A stretch of DNA of 64,000 nucleotides. Source: Nitrospirales bacterium. Lineage in GTDB: Bacteria > Nitrospirota > Nitrospiria > Nitrospirales > UBA8639. The notes beneath the pieces were generated by a model. It did not search any database and was not told where the DNA came from. It worked only from the letters and a program-made list of their open reading frames with translations. Shown piece by piece: positions 32,080 through 42,905 of the stretch. Position numbers and translations under genes: made by a program. Location of the stretch: contig CBDCWC010000002.1 of NCBI GenBank assembly GCA_965223295.1, positions 1,568,001-1,632,000 on the forward strand, in the 5' to 3' direction. Every line of letters begins with the position of its first letter. Position 1 is the stretch's first letter.

Positions 32080-32544
32080 TCATTTCCAGAAATCAGGAAA
32101 TAACGTTGTCACCAGATACCACCCCCATAAGGGAAGGAGCAGCCCAACAGCCGCAAGAATTCCTCCCAATCCTATCGCCGTCCACCCCATGAGATCCGTT
32201 CGGGAACCTAACACGATTGGTGCTTGTGCACGAAATCCCATGCCAGCAGGCGGCCATTGCCCTGTCGCGCGAATTCTTGAGCCAATATACATCACATAGG
32301 CTCCCATCCCGACTGCAGGGAAACCCGCCATGATCGCGACCACTAACAGCATCAATCCGACTTGATAGATGGTCTCTGAACTTTGAGACGCCTCTCCCTG
32401 CGGTACCAATGAAAGATATTCCATGGTGAAATACAGCAGCGCACCCCCGAATACAGCTAGAATGACTAACAGGCTTAAGATTAATGGCTTTTGTGAGGAG
32501 TTCATACGATTCGAAATTACCCTAAGATAACACTCGCATAGCAA
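32080..32544 (-). CDS. Hypothetical membrane protein (3 TM; start may be 32505)
   Basis: Hydrophobic segments; GQWPP motif; abuts the next gene. Confidence 0.7.
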   Translation of the reverse strand: MLCECYLRVISNRMNSSQKPLILSLLVILAVFGGALLYFTMEYLSLVPQGEASQSSETIYQVGLMLLVVAIMAGFPAVGMGAYVMYIGSRIRATGQWPPAGMGFRAQAPIVLGSRTDLMGWTAIGLGGILAAVGLLLPLWGWYLVTTLFPDFWK

Positions 32545-32618
32545 GTCCTTCCGCTCTCCCCAAGGGGGCGAGGGAAATCCAAGATATTTTTTGGAGATCT
32601 CGCAATACCCAACATCAC

Positions 32619-33905
32619 TTATGCCTGATTCCGACGAATGCGTTCATGCCGCCGGCCTACCCACAGTCCTGTCGCTAACCAGAGCGCGGCAATGGGCATG
32701 GCCGTAAAGGCCATAGCGGGCAACCCCATTCCCCAGGTATGCAACAGAGAGACAATTCCCGTTCCGGTTGCATCGGCCCCTCGATGCACAACCGTATCAA
32801 TCACATTTTTCGCTTGATATTTTTCTTCGCGGGGCACCACGGTAAACAATGTTTCTCGTGTGGGTTTGGTAATAGAAAATTCTCCCGCCCGCCGTACAAC
32901 ACCAAACCCAATCAACACTGGCAACACGGTCCACATGCCAAACACGCCAAACCCAAGAAATGACACGAGCGGCATGACGGCTAACATGATCACCACACCA
33001 AAGCGCGACAGCAACCATCCTATTGCAAAAAATTGTAGCGTGAACGCTAACACATTAATCCCAAGATCCACAGACGCAAACAGTTGTATCCGATCTTCTG
33101 AATTCGGCATCACTTCAGGAATCAAAATCGTTTGCTGCGAATAGAGAAAGGTTGAAAGAATCGAATAACACATGAGATACAGGGCAATGCCTCTCAAATA
33201 GGGAGAACGAAGAATACGTACAGCCCCAACCCATAGGCTAGGTGGTACGGCATCAGAGTCCTTCATTGAGGACAAATGTGCTTCACCCAGGTCAACCCCA
33301 TGATGTGCGTGATACCATTGCAAGATTGCCAGAATGCAACCAACGGCAAATACTAAAAACGTTCCTGACACCAACAAGAGACCCTGAATCCCCACGCCTT
33401 TTACCGCCAACGCGGTAATGAATGGCCCGGTCATCGCACCAAGACTGCCTCCAGCCGAAATACACCCAAACAATCGACGAGCCGCATTCGTCGGAAACAC
33501 ATCGGCCATAAAACTCCAAAAGACTGATACCACAAAGAGATTAAAGACACTCAGCCATACAAAAAAAATCGGCCCAATGACTGCCAACTCAAACCCACTC
33601 TGTAAGGCCATAAAAAATCCAAAGAGATTCAGCACGAAAAACCCATAGACTGTTGGGAGTAAACGACGGATAGGGAAGCGACCGGCCACCCACCCAAACA
33701 ACGGAATCACCGCAAGCATAGTGAGAAACACGGCTCCAAATAACCAAGGAAGCGAATGTGCCCCTGACAATACCCCCATTTCATCTCGCACTGGCCGCAG
33801 AATATAGTACGCCGCCAAGACACAAAAAAAATACAAAAAGGACCAGAACAGGGCTGGCAGTTCTTCACGTTCAACCGGGACAACTCGTCGGATTAGCTCA
33901 TACAT
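32619..33905 (-). CDS. MFS transporter of the ATP:ADP antiporter (NTT-like) family
   Basis: AYYILRPVRD, NLFVVSVFWSFMAD and EKYQAKNVIDT motifs. Confidence 0.88.
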   Translation of the reverse strand: MYELIRRVVPVEREELPALFWSFLYFFCVLAAYYILRPVRDEMGVLSGAHSLPWLFGAVFLTMLAVIPLFGWVAGRFPIRRLLPTVYGFFVLNLFGFFMALQSGFELAVIGPIFFVWLSVFNLFVVSVFWSFMADVFPTNAARRLFGCISAGGSLGAMTGPFITALAVKGVGIQGLLLVSGTFLVFAVGCILAILQWYHAHHGVDLGEAHLSSMKDSDAVPPSLWVGAVRILRSPYLRGIALYLMCYSILSTFLYSQQTILIPEVMPNSEDRIQLFASVDLGINVLAFTLQFFAIGWLLSRFGVVIMLAVMPLVSFLGFGVFGMWTVLPVLIGFGVVRRAGEFSITKPTRETLFTVVPREEKYQAKNVIDTVVHRGADATGTGIVSLLHTWGMGLPAMAFTAMPIAALWLATGLWVGRRHERIRRNQA

Positions 33906-33990
33906 AGAAATCAGGCCCTATTCGGTTTTTGCCAGCATCTACATTCTGTACACACACTTGTTGTTTCTATGGAAATGCAGCTGGAGTGCC

Positions 33991-34797
33991 TTAGGAGATT
34001 TCGAAGACTCGAGAAATGCAGGGAGCGCCATAATCAGCAGACCCGGTGAGCACCTGAAGATTAGGAAGCATCTGGGCTGTTCCCTCATGATGCGTATGCC
34101 CGCAGAGAACGGTCACCTGACAGTTAGGTCTCGCTTGCGTGACGTCCAGTAACATTGAGCCAACAGCGTGGCAGGTAAAGTACGGCAACCAATCATCATT
34201 GCCCGGTTGACCTTCATACCAGCAGGCCTCTTTAAAGGGTGGCACATGAATCAAACAATAAACCCGTTCATAGGAGTCCATGGCATTGTTGAGCACATCT
34301 CGCAGATAAGCAGCAGATTCATCGCCCAAGGCCTGAAGCTTTCGTAGAATGGCATCCCGATCCAGCCCATGAAAATCCCGGATCAACTCTTGGTCACTCA
34401 ATCTCACTGGAGTCTGATGGTAATGGCCTAACCGGCCATCCCCCCACCCATCATGCCCAACTAAGACCGTCCTTGCTGTCAATTCAATTGGTCCCAAAAC
34501 AGAAAGATACTGGAGGCCTGATTGAGTGAGACACCAATTTTGAATTTCACATCGGCCTGATTCAATGGACCCATGGTAAAAATCATGATTCCCCAAGACA
34601 AAATAGATTGGCGCATTCACCGCTTGCTGCATTTCCTGCAGAAGCTCTTGCAGACAAGGAGCTTCTGCAATGTCACCCGTGATCAAAACGATATCAGGGC
34701 TCCTTTCACGAACAGCCAAATAAAATTTACCCCGCTCAGAAGGACGGAGAAAATTCAAATGAATGTCTGTTACCCATAACACGCGCATGTCCCGCAC
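33991..34797 (-). CDS. Calcineurin-like metallophosphoesterase (CpdA/Icc-like)
   Basis: TDIH, TGD, GNHD, HVPP and GHTH motifs. Confidence 0.9.
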   Translation of the reverse strand: MRDMRVLWVTDIHLNFLRPSERGKFYLAVRERSPDIVLITGDIAEAPCLQELLQEMQQAVNAPIYFVLGNHDFYHGSIESGRCEIQNWCLTQSGLQYLSVLGPIELTARTVLVGHDGWGDGRLGHYHQTPVRLSDQELIRDFHGLDRDAILRKLQALGDESAAYLRDVLNNAMDSYERVYCLIHVPPFKEACWYEGQPGNDDWLPYFTCHAVGSMLLDVTQARPNCQVTVLCGHTHHEGTAQMLPNLQVLTGSADYGAPCISRVFEIS

Positions 34798-34957
34798 ACC
34801 TTAACAAAAAACGAGGAAGATACAGTACGTTAACATTCAGGAGAGAACGTATGCCTCCCTTGGGCTTTAGTAGCCCAAAAAACTTTCCCATGGTATAACT
34901 CTTCGGATCCTGCAAAACTTTGAAAGCGCCACATAAAAGATACATTTTGAGTAGACC

Positions 34958-35521
34958 ATGGCTGATACATCTCAACCTTCATCAACAGAAAGCGACCTTG
35001 CCACAGTCGCGGGCGGGTGTTTTTGGTGTTTAGAAGCCGTATTTGATCAGGTCAAAGGCGTGGAATCTGTGGTCTCAGGGTATATGGGTGGTGGGCGACC
35101 TCATCCAACGTATGATGCAGTCTGTACGGGGACCACGGGGCATGCTGAGGTCGTTCAAATTCAATATAAACCTGCCTTCATCTCCTTTCGTGAACTGTTA
35201 GAAATCTTTTTCGGCATCCACGATCCAACCACACTCAACCGGCAAGGCAACGATGTTGGAACTCAATATCGCTCAGCCATTTTTTTTCACTCACCTGAAC
35301 AAGAGGCTACGGCCAAAACCGTCATAGAACAATTAACCAAAGACCAGCTTTTCAATGCTCCGATTGTGACCGAAGTTGTTCCAGCTTCCACATTTTATAT
35401 GGCCGAAGACTATCATCAAGAATATTTTTCGCAGAATCCGTCCCAGCTGTATTGCGCGTATCTGATCGGCCCCAAAGTCGCCAAATTTCGCCAGCAATTT
35501 GCGGAGAAATTGAAAGCCTAA
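34958..35521 (+). CDS. msrA: Peptide methionine sulfoxide reductase A
   Basis: GGCFWC, TGHAE, QYRS and AEDYHQ motifs. Confidence 0.97.
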   Translation: MADTSQPSSTESDLATVAGGCFWCLEAVFDQVKGVESVVSGYMGGGRPHPTYDAVCTGTTGHAEVVQIQYKPAFISFRELLEIFFGIHDPTTLNRQGNDVGTQYRSAIFFHSPEQEATAKTVIEQLTKDQLFNAPIVTEVVPASTFYMAEDYHQEYFSQNPSQLYCAYLIGPKVAKFRQQFAEKLKA

Positions 35522-35542
35522 TTTCTGTTATTTTCTTTCTTG

Positions 35543-35986
35543 CTACTCTCCAGAAACGACATGCAAGAGCGAATCACGTAACCCGCCCCAAAGGTCGGCT
35601 TTTAATGTGACTTGATAAACATGCAGAATAACTGGTGTTCGAGAAGGACAATACGGCATATCAATGCTCTCGACACCTACAGGCTCTGCCACCATAGACC
35701 CTGTTGAAGGGATATCTATTTTCTGCACGACTAACTGCACTCGAGATTCAAGAATGCAAAAATCTCGGTAGCCCTGTTGCGCCAGAATAGTAGGGTCGAC
35801 GAATTTCACACGATGCTGGTCGGTAGAAAACACCACATCTCCAACTTTGATTGGCCCTTCCGGGCCAACGGAATAAAGAAACACCGGAACCATCAGCACA
35901 GCAAAAATCGCCAACCCAATCGAAATAAGGGGCGTACGAGACGAGTCTGAAAGATTTTCATCTGATTGATGATGGTGATTCATCAT
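35543..35986 (-). CDS. Hypothetical membrane-anchored protein
   Basis: Single N-terminal TM; 147-aa ORF in a gene-sized gap. Confidence 0.7.
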   Translation of the reverse strand: MMNHHHQSDENLSDSSRTPLISIGLAIFAVLMVPVFLYSVGPEGPIKVGDVVFSTDQHRVKFVDPTILAQQGYRDFCILESRVQLVVQKIDIPSTGSMVAEPVGVESIDMPYCPSRTPVILHVYQVTLKADLWGGLRDSLLHVVSGE

Positions 35987-36071
35987 TGCTACTTTAAGAA
36001 GTATAGGCCCTGATTCGTTCTATTCTTTCGTCAGAGGATAGAGATGATTCACAATCTTTAATACGTCGATA

Positions 36072-36407
36072 GTGCAACAAAAGGCCGCCTTGGTGAGAAC
36101 AACATTCGATGAGCTGTGGGATCACTGGACATGGCGACCTATTCGAAATTGTCCTGGACGATTTGTGATACCCAGAACGGACCATCTTATTTCTTTTGAG
36201 ATTCTACTTGGCTATTCCTGCTTTCCCCAAACATACAAGAGTCCTATGGCAAAGGATCCTGTGTCAGTCATACCATTAGAAAACGGCGGACTGATTTCTT
36301 ATCAACAACCGGATGGTCGTTTGATTCATACACTGAATACGCCAGAAGGATTTGCCCGTAAACTCCGGCAATTGCAAATCCCACTGCCGACAACAACGGG
36401 AGTGTAG
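36072..36407 (+). CDS. Hypothetical protein
   Basis: WRPIRNCPGRF...GGLISY...HTLNTPEGFARKL looks like a genuine conserved small protein; its stop lies within MITE copy 4. Confidence 0.7.
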   Translation: MQQKAALVRTTFDELWDHWTWRPIRNCPGRFVIPRTDHLISFEILLGYSCFPQTYKSPMAKDPVSVIPLENGGLISYQQPDGRLIHTLNTPEGFARKLRQLQIPLPTTTGV

Positions 36408-36588
36408 ACTCATGAAGATATCAAAGGTCGTATTTCGTCAGGAAGCCTTTGGCGATCAACAGCATCGGGTCCGTTCAAAAAAGTCCGTCCAGCAAGGCCG
36501 CAGCCATTTTTGCGCGCGGAACGTACTGGCACTACGTGAGCACGGAAAAATGGCGAGAACGCCGCTAGCGGCTTTTTTCAACGGACCC
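36398..36588 (-). mobile_element. MITE family A copy 4 (191 bp, inverted)
   Basis: Internal GGGTCCGTTCAAAA at 36467; end TTTTTCAACGGACCC; flanks ACAAC/ACAAA. Confidence 0.85.
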
Positions 36589-36617
36589 ACAAATACAAAA
36601 AAGCAAGAAATCCGCGT

Positions 36618-37439
36618 TTATCGACGAGACGATGCAAGCGAGGAAAAATCAAAGAGGTGTTGGTCAAGAAGGTGGCTGGGCACAACATTGGTGAGCGCGG
36701 CAAAGACACTATCGCCGGAACTTGGATAGCGATTCTCCCAATCCTTAAGCAGGGCTTTCACTTCTTGTCGTTTTAAGTTTTCTTGCGAGCCACAGAGGTC
36801 GCATGGGATGAGAGGAAATTTTCGTAAATCGGCATACCTGGCCAATTCTGTTTCCCGCACATAGACCAATGGGCGAATCACCACATGTTTCCCATCATCA
36901 GAACGCAATTTTGGCGGCATCGCTTTCAGAGTACCATTGAACAACATGTTCAGCACCATCGTCTCCACCATGTCATCACGATGGTGACCTAACGCGATCT
37001 TCGTAGCTCCAAGTTTTTCAGCAACACTGTAGAGAATACCGCGGCGCAACCGGGAACAGAGGGAGCAGGTCGTCTTCCCTTCTGGAATCATTTCTTTGAC
37101 AACAGAATAGGTATCCTGCTCTTCAATGTGAAACGGCACACCTAGCTTTCGCAAATAATCAGGAAGAATATGCTCAGGAAATCCTGGCTGCTTCTGATCC
37201 AAATTGACGGCGATCAGTGAATACGGCACAGGTGAACGGGACTGTATAGACAACAATACATCCAGCAGACCATAGCTGTCTTTTCCGCCTGACAGACAGA
37301 CCATAACGGTATCGCCAGCTTCGATCATCTGAAAATCAGCGATAGCTTGCCCGACTAACCGGCACAACCGCATATGTAATTTTTGTGTGGGTCCGGTGAA
37401 GTTGACTTTTACGAGTGATTCTTGTGCGTGTGGCAACAT
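36618..37439 (-). CDS. ttcA: tRNA 2-thiocytidine synthetase
   Basis: [22 protein letters not shown] and CDLCGSQ motifs. Confidence 0.96.
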   Translation of the reverse strand: MLPHAQESLVKVNFTGPTQKLHMRLCRLVGQAIADFQMIEAGDTVMVCLSGGKDSYGLLDVLLSIQSRSPVPYSLIAVNLDQKQPGFPEHILPDYLRKLGVPFHIEEQDTYSVVKEMIPEGKTTCSLCSRLRRGILYSVAEKLGATKIALGHHRDDMVETMVLNMLFNGTLKAMPPKLRSDDGKHVVIRPLVYVRETELARYADLRKFPLIPCDLCGSQENLKRQEVKALLKDWENRYPSSGDSVFAALTNVVPSHLLDQHLFDFSSLASSRR

Positions 37440-37875
37440 ACGCTGTCTTAGCTTTCAAGAGACAAGGGAATTAAGAATACTCAAAATTGACCGTCAGCAC
37501 TCCATGGTGAGGCACGGTAATCTCTCGTTCCATGCTACCTAACGTTTCATCCCAATCCACCACGGGTTCGGGTATGCACTTGCACCCTCGACAGTTGAGC
37601 GACATTTCCACATACACTGGCATCAATCTGAATAACCCTCGTTTCCGCCCTGGGAATCTTTCCAGAAAATCATACAGTACCCTTCACATGGGAATCATTC
37701 TCAATTGAAAATCCAACTCCCGCCGGCCATAAGAAAAGAACACTACAGGTCGCCATCTTCAAGAGGAAACTAAACATCCTTGCAGTCTATTCCTCTCCAT
37801 GTAGGCGGTCAAGATTCGAATGACTTAACTCCTCATGTTTACTTACTTCTAGATCTCCTTTATCCTTTCTTAGAC

Positions 37876-40368
37876 ATGGCCGTAACCGACGACTCCCGTT
37901 CGCACCTGCCCCTCTTTTCCCGCCTACGTGAAAAATGGCTCGGGAACCTGAGATTTCGTCATACCATATACCTTTCAGCCACTATCCTCGCCATTATGGT
38001 CTTTCTGGCGGGCATTATGCTCTCCAAACAACGCGCCATGCTCTATCATGCCGCAGAAACCAAGAGTCTCGCATTTACTCAAGCGTTTACCATTGGCGGA
38101 TGGGCAGCCCTGCAAAACAATCTCTTCCGGATTCAAGAGGCTCTCATGAACTATCCCTCAGATCCGGATATCCTCGGGCTTGAAGTGATTGACCATGACA
38201 ATATGGTCATGGCTTCGCAAATTCCTAGTCGCATCGGACTTGTGCTAAACGATCCTCTTTGGCTGGAGATGAAGCACCAAACAAACACCATACTCCGTTA
38301 TACACAAGCTGATGATGGGGACATACACCTGATCAGCGTGGCACCGTTGACAAGACCACAGGAAACGGATGCATGGATTCGCGTGACCTTTTCCCTCGCA
38401 GAAGTACAGCGTCAAGACCTACAATTGATCCTCAATATGATCTTAATGACAGTCTTGCTGATCGGAGCAGGTATACTGAGCCTCCATTGGTCGAAAAGCC
38501 ATATCTCGTCAATTCTACAATCTGTGATTGCACAACTTCAAAGCGCATTGGCTAAAGGTAGCGATAGAGATCTGGCAGATTCCACTCAAAGTTTCTCTAA
38601 GACAGACACCTTTCAGCACAAAGGGGACCTGGAACATTTAGAACATACCGTCACCACAACTGTCTCCCTCTTAAAAACCCAATCCGAAGCCCTGCAACAT
38701 TCGGCGTCTGTCCTTGAACAGACTGTCAAAACACGTACGAATGACCTCCTTAAGACCAAACAATCGCTAGAAAAGGAAATTCAAGAACGGCGATTCGCCT
38801 CGGAACAATTGGAAAAAATGAGCCGACAGAATCAACTCATTTTAGATTCTGCGGGAGAAGGCATCTATGGATTGGATGTCCAAGGACGAGTCACCTTTAT
38901 CAACCCTGCCGGGGCACAACTCTTGGGATACAGAACTGAAGAGCTGCTTGGCAAACCCATGCATGAAACCATGCATCACACCCAGGAAGACGGGACCTTC
39001 TACCCACGAAACCTCTGTCCACTACACGGTGATTTTCTACGAGGCCAATCCCATAGCGGTGAGGATGAACTCCTTTGGCGAAAAGATGGCACATCGTTCC
39101 CGGTGGAATATATTAGCACTCCCATTCAAGAACAGGAGAAAATCGTTGGAGCTGTGGTGAGTTTCTTGGATATCACCTTACGACGGCAGGCGGAAGCCAA
39201 AATTCGAAAGAGTGAAACCTCGCTTCGTCAAGCACAGAAAATGGAAGCCATGGGAACGCTGGCCGGAGGAATTGCCCATGATTTTAATAATATTCTGACA
39301 GCGATGCTTGGGTTTGGGCAGTTAGCCCAAATGAAGGTGGCTCCCGAGAATCAGGCGCATGAGTATCTGAATCAAGTTCTGACAGCAGGCACACGAGCCA
39401 AAGAACTCATCAAACAAATTCTGACGTTTAGCCGTCAAACCGATCCCGAACACCAGCCCATAGAACTACGCGGTCTTCTTGAAGAAGTGCTCTCACTTAT
39501 GCAAGCGACTCTTCCAAAGACCATTGAAGTCGACAAACGGATCTCCAACGAAGAAGGCATGGTGCTAGCCGCCCCCATCCAATTACATCAAGTCTTTATT
39601 AACCTGTTCACCAATGCTGAATATGCAATGCGAGGCAAGTCAGGACGCATGACCATCACACTGAAACGTTTGCATGTGGATAGGGACAATCAAAGCAAAT
39701 TCTCTGAACTGACACCAGGCTCGTATTTTAAGGTGACACTTAGTGATACAGGAACAGGCATCCCTCCCCAAACAGTCGCGCGCATTTTCGATCCATTTTT
39801 TACGACAAAAGAAGTGGGGGAAGGCACCGGCATGGGGCTTTCGGTAGCTCATGGAATCATTGTTGCCCATGGCGGAACCATTACAGTGGAAAGTCACATA
39901 GATGTCGGCACCACATTTCACATTTTTCTTCCGGAAATCGAAGCCACCTCAACGCACTCTTCAAACGTAACGGACCCTGCCCGTTATCAAAAACAGCAAG
40001 GGCATATCCTTTTTGTGGATGATGAAGAGCCTTTATCCAATATGGGTCAACATTTTCTCGAGCACTTGGGATATTCCGTGACAGTGTGTACGAGCGGCCT
40101 TGCCGCATTGGAAATCTTCAAATCCCACCCTCACAAATTCGATGCCGTCATCACAGATCAAACCATGCCGAAAATCACCGGCGAGAAGCTGGCGACCGAA
40201 TTACTTCGCATCAATCCAGACATACCGATCATCTTGTACACGGGATTTAGTTATACCATGACTCCTGAAAAGGCCGAGCAACTTGGTATCCGCCGATTAC
40301 TTCACAAGCCATTACTCATTCAAGAACTCGCTTCAGCCCTTGAAGGAATCTTGGAGCAAAAGGTGTAA
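37876..40368 (+). CDS. Hybrid sensor histidine kinase (2 TM, PAS, HisKA, HATPase, REC)
   Basis: AGGIAHDFNN, DTGTG, FFTTK, GTGMGL; receiver FVDDE...TDQTMP. Confidence 0.95.
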   Translation: MAVTDDSRSHLPLFSRLREKWLGNLRFRHTIYLSATILAIMVFLAGIMLSKQRAMLYHAAETKSLAFTQAFTIGGWAALQNNLFRIQEALMNYPSDPDILGLEVIDHDNMVMASQIPSRIGLVLNDPLWLEMKHQTNTILRYTQADDGDIHLISVAPLTRPQETDAWIRVTFSLAEVQRQDLQLILNMILMTVLLIGAGILSLHWSKSHISSILQSVIAQLQSALAKGSDRDLADSTQSFSKTDTFQHKGDLEHLEHTVTTTVSLLKTQSEALQHSASVLEQTVKTRTNDLLKTKQSLEKEIQERRFASEQLEKMSRQNQLILDSAGEGIYGLDVQGRVTFINPAGAQLLGYRTEELLGKPMHETMHHTQEDGTFYPRNLCPLHGDFLRGQSHSGEDELLWRKDGTSFPVEYISTPIQEQEKIVGAVVSFLDITLRRQAEAKIRKSETSLRQAQKMEAMGTLAGGIAHDFNNILTAMLGFGQLAQMKVAPENQAHEYLNQVLTAGTRAKELIKQILTFSRQTDPEHQPIELRGLLEEVLSLMQATLPKTIEVDKRISNEEGMVLAAPIQLHQVFINLFTNAEYAMRGKSGRMTITLKRLHVDRDNQSKFSELTPGSYFKVTLSDTGTGIPPQTVARIFDPFFTTKEVGEGTGMGLSVAHGIIVAHGGTITVESHIDVGTTFHIFLPEIEATSTHSSNVTDPARYQKQQGHILFVDDEEPLSNMGQHFLEHLGYSVTVCTSGLAALEIFKSHPHKFDAVITDQTMPKITGEKLATELLRINPDIPIILYTGFSYTMTPEKAEQLGIRRLLHKPLLIQELASALEGILEQKV

Positions 40369-40438
40369 TCCCACTTCATCAGTGGCCTCAATTCTCTCTC
40401 ACTGAGCACGGATAACGTATCAGCCACCGTATTCTTAT

Positions 40439-40629
40439 GGTCCTATTGAAAAAAGCCGCCAACGGCGTTCTCGCCCTTGTTCCGTGCTCACGGAGTGCCA
40501 GTACGCTCCGCGCGCAAAAATGGCTGCGGCCTTGCTGGACGGACTGTTTTGAACAGACCCGCGGCCTCTGACATATGACGTCGCAGAGACGAAATTTGGC
40601 TGTTGATATCATCATTATTCAACAGTCTC
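40439..40629 (+). mobile_element. MITE family A copy 5 (191 bp)
   Basis: GGTCCTATTGAAAAAA...TTATTCAACAGTCTC; direct repeat CTTAT at 40434-40438 and 40630-40634. Confidence 0.88.
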
Positions 40630-40668
40630 CTTATGGACAGCTGGTCTCCAGCAAATTGAGGTGGCCCG

Positions 40669-41205
40669 TTATCGAGAAACAAGCGTGTGAGACTGAAGTG
40701 GCTCTGCAACGAAGGAAGAGGAAGACGTATCTTGTTTTCTTTGAACCTGGTTATGGAGCAGGATTAAGGATGGACAATGCTCAACAATAGCAGCCAAAAA
40801 TCTTGCCTTGTCTTCTGGAGAAATCATCATGTTTTGTCCTGACAGACCATACACAACATTCAATCGATCTAAAGAACATGCGGGGCTGGACCAAGGGCTT
40901 TGGGTTGGAGTGATGGAATCAATATCTTGCAAGGCTATGCGAAATGAAAATGGACCACATCGAATACAGAGTTGTTCAGATTTCACCGTATAGCCTGTGC
41001 CGTATAATACCCATAGCATTAACCCATCCATCACAAAGAGTAGGCTCCCCACGAAAATCAGCGTGAGCCAGGAAGCTCCGGTCAGGACCAGAGGCAGAAT
41101 CCCACCAGCCACACTCACTGTGACTCCCAACCATATCAATCCAACAATCCACCCATCCCGCTTGGAGGGAAAATACAAGTCTTGGCCGAAATAGCTTGAT
41201 GACAT
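40669..41205 (-). CDS. Bacterial PH-domain membrane protein
   Basis: FPSKRD, two TM helices, SPACSLDRL and ISPED motifs. Confidence 0.8.
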   Translation of the reverse strand: MSSSYFGQDLYFPSKRDGWIVGLIWLGVTVSVAGGILPLVLTGASWLTLIFVGSLLFVMDGLMLWVLYGTGYTVKSEQLCIRCGPFSFRIALQDIDSITPTQSPWSSPACSLDRLNVVYGLSGQNMMISPEDKARFLAAIVEHCPSLILLHNQVQRKQDTSSSSFVAEPLQSHTLVSR

Positions 41206-41492
41206 GAAGCACCTTTTTCCCAAATATCTCCAAGAAATCAGACGTCCACCTTAATCTTCGGCAAATTCAGGGTTGGTCTAAAGTCTTTCTCACAAACCTC
41301 TGTTTTGTCCTGAATGCACCTTGGAGCGTTCGCCTATGAGGTCAAACAGCCGACGACAGCTTTCAAGAAAGAGACAAAGTCCCTAGAGGACCAACACGAC
41401 GGAGGAAAAAATTGAACGGTCAGCAAAGAAGGGAGAGTCGAACCAACACAAATAATTTGCGAGTAAACTTGTCTTGTTAATTAGACACGTTC

Positions 41493-41819
41493 TTACAGCC
41501 GAAGGATTTTTGTTACTTTGGATTTGAGTAATTGAATTAGTTCCGGTTGCATATATTCATAATGATCGGGGATATCCAGCACCATAAGTCTTTTCTCTTT
41601 CAACAATGCTCGAAATTTTTGAGATATTTTTTTCTTATGTATCTTTTCCATGACCAAAATGATGTCAGCCCATTCAACAAGATCGCCACTGATTGGCGTT
41701 GCAGCATCGGTATTCGTTCCAACCCCAATAGCCTCAATGGCTCGGTGGTCGGAAAAGACTGCTTCTGCCGTGGGACTGCGAAACCGATTTTCAGAACATA
41801 CAAACAATAGCTTCTTCAT
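41493..41819 (-). CDS. Low-molecular-weight protein tyrosine phosphatase-like protein
   Basis: LFVCSENRFRSPTAE, WADIILVM and LDIPD motifs. Confidence 0.88.
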   Translation of the reverse strand: MKKLLFVCSENRFRSPTAEAVFSDHRAIEAIGVGTNTDAATPISGDLVEWADIILVMEKIHKKKISQKFRALLKEKRLMVLDIPDHYEYMQPELIQLLKSKVTKILRL

Positions 41820-41842
41820 GCAGTTGTCAAAAACTTTCCGGG

Positions 41843-42625
41843 TTAGTAGGTGGACATGCGCTGGAGGATAACTTCTTTTTTCTTTTCTAAAAATGTCGTG
41901 AGTTCGTTTGGTTTATGTCGAAGCGGGCTAGGAATGATGGCTGCCAAGCTAGCACTTTCTGTCCTTGTCAGTTGTGCAGCGGACTTATGAAAAAAGCGTT
42001 GAGCTGCAGCTTCAATTCCAAATATTCCTTGTCCCCATTCAATAATGTTGAGATATAGCTCGAGAATTCGTTTTTTGTTTAACGTGGCCTCCAACATCCA
42101 CGCAACGATCAGTTCTCGCAACTTGCGAATCGGATCGCGTGCAGTAGAAAGATAGAGATTCTTTGCCAATTGTTGCGTAATCGTTGAGCCTCCTCTCACA
42201 ATCCTTCCCTGTTCCCAGTTCGCCGCAAAAGACTCCCTGACTTCATGCCAATCGATACCGGCATGCTCGTAAAACCTCGCATCTTCTGCAATCAAGACCG
42301 CACGTTGCAAATGTCTGGAAATGTTGGACAACGGAATCCATTGATACTCTATCGTCAATTTCTGGCCATTGTTCCGAGCCTCTTCTATCCGTTGCCGCAT
42401 CAAGGCTGTCTCTTTTGGATTTTCCCTATCAAGACTGAAAAGAGAAAGAAAAGGAAGCGTGCCAATTTCGAATAGAAGAAACAGAACAAAAATACTCAAG
42501 AACAATTTATAGGGGATGGCCCGAATCCATTGAAATCGATGACGACGAGATTTCGCGCGGTGACCAAGATTCCAAAGGTGTCGATTCGATCGTATCCGCT
42601 TATTTTGTCGATGAGGTTTGCTCAT
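41843..42625 (-). CDS. mtgA: Monofunctional peptidoglycan transglycosylase
   Basis: AEDARFYEH, GGSTITQQLAKN, RK..E and YLN motifs. Confidence 0.93.
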   Translation of the reverse strand: MSKPHRQNKRIRSNRHLWNLGHRAKSRRHRFQWIRAIPYKLFLSIFVLFLLFEIGTLPFLSLFSLDRENPKETALMRQRIEEARNNGQKLTIEYQWIPLSNISRHLQRAVLIAEDARFYEHAGIDWHEVRESFAANWEQGRIVRGGSTITQQLAKNLYLSTARDPIRKLRELIVAWMLEATLNKKRILELYLNIIEWGQGIFGIEAAAQRFFHKSAAQLTRTESASLAAIIPSPLRHKPNELTTFLEKKKEVILQRMSTY

Positions 42626-42905
42626 TCAATTTCACATGAGACAACGCGCCCCATTTTTCCCAGACGTTGTCATCCTATTGAATAGGTAAAACGTTAGCAT
42701 ACAAAAGACCAGCCCTTCTTGAACATTCACTTCGGATGTGACAGCCCAAGAATCGTAAGACGACACTCATTCCCTCGACAAACACAGGCTTGATGTTATT
42801 TATCATTTTGGGTACAAAAGGATCTCTCTCCTTCAACCAAGAGTGCTTCCTTTTTCAAGCACTCAATCCCCGCCAGTTTTTTGGCAGCGAGGACGAGGGA
42901 TAAGC

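Noticed and set aside
32546-32576. REP-like hairpin CCTTCCGCTCTCCCCAAGGGGGCGAGGG (and hairpins at ~21566-21607)
   Set aside because: Single degenerate copies; family membership cannot be supported from this window.
42630-42900. Cobalamin riboswitch or Fur box upstream of the TonB-dependent receptor
   Set aside because: No B12-box or GATAATGATAATCATTATC-like match seen.
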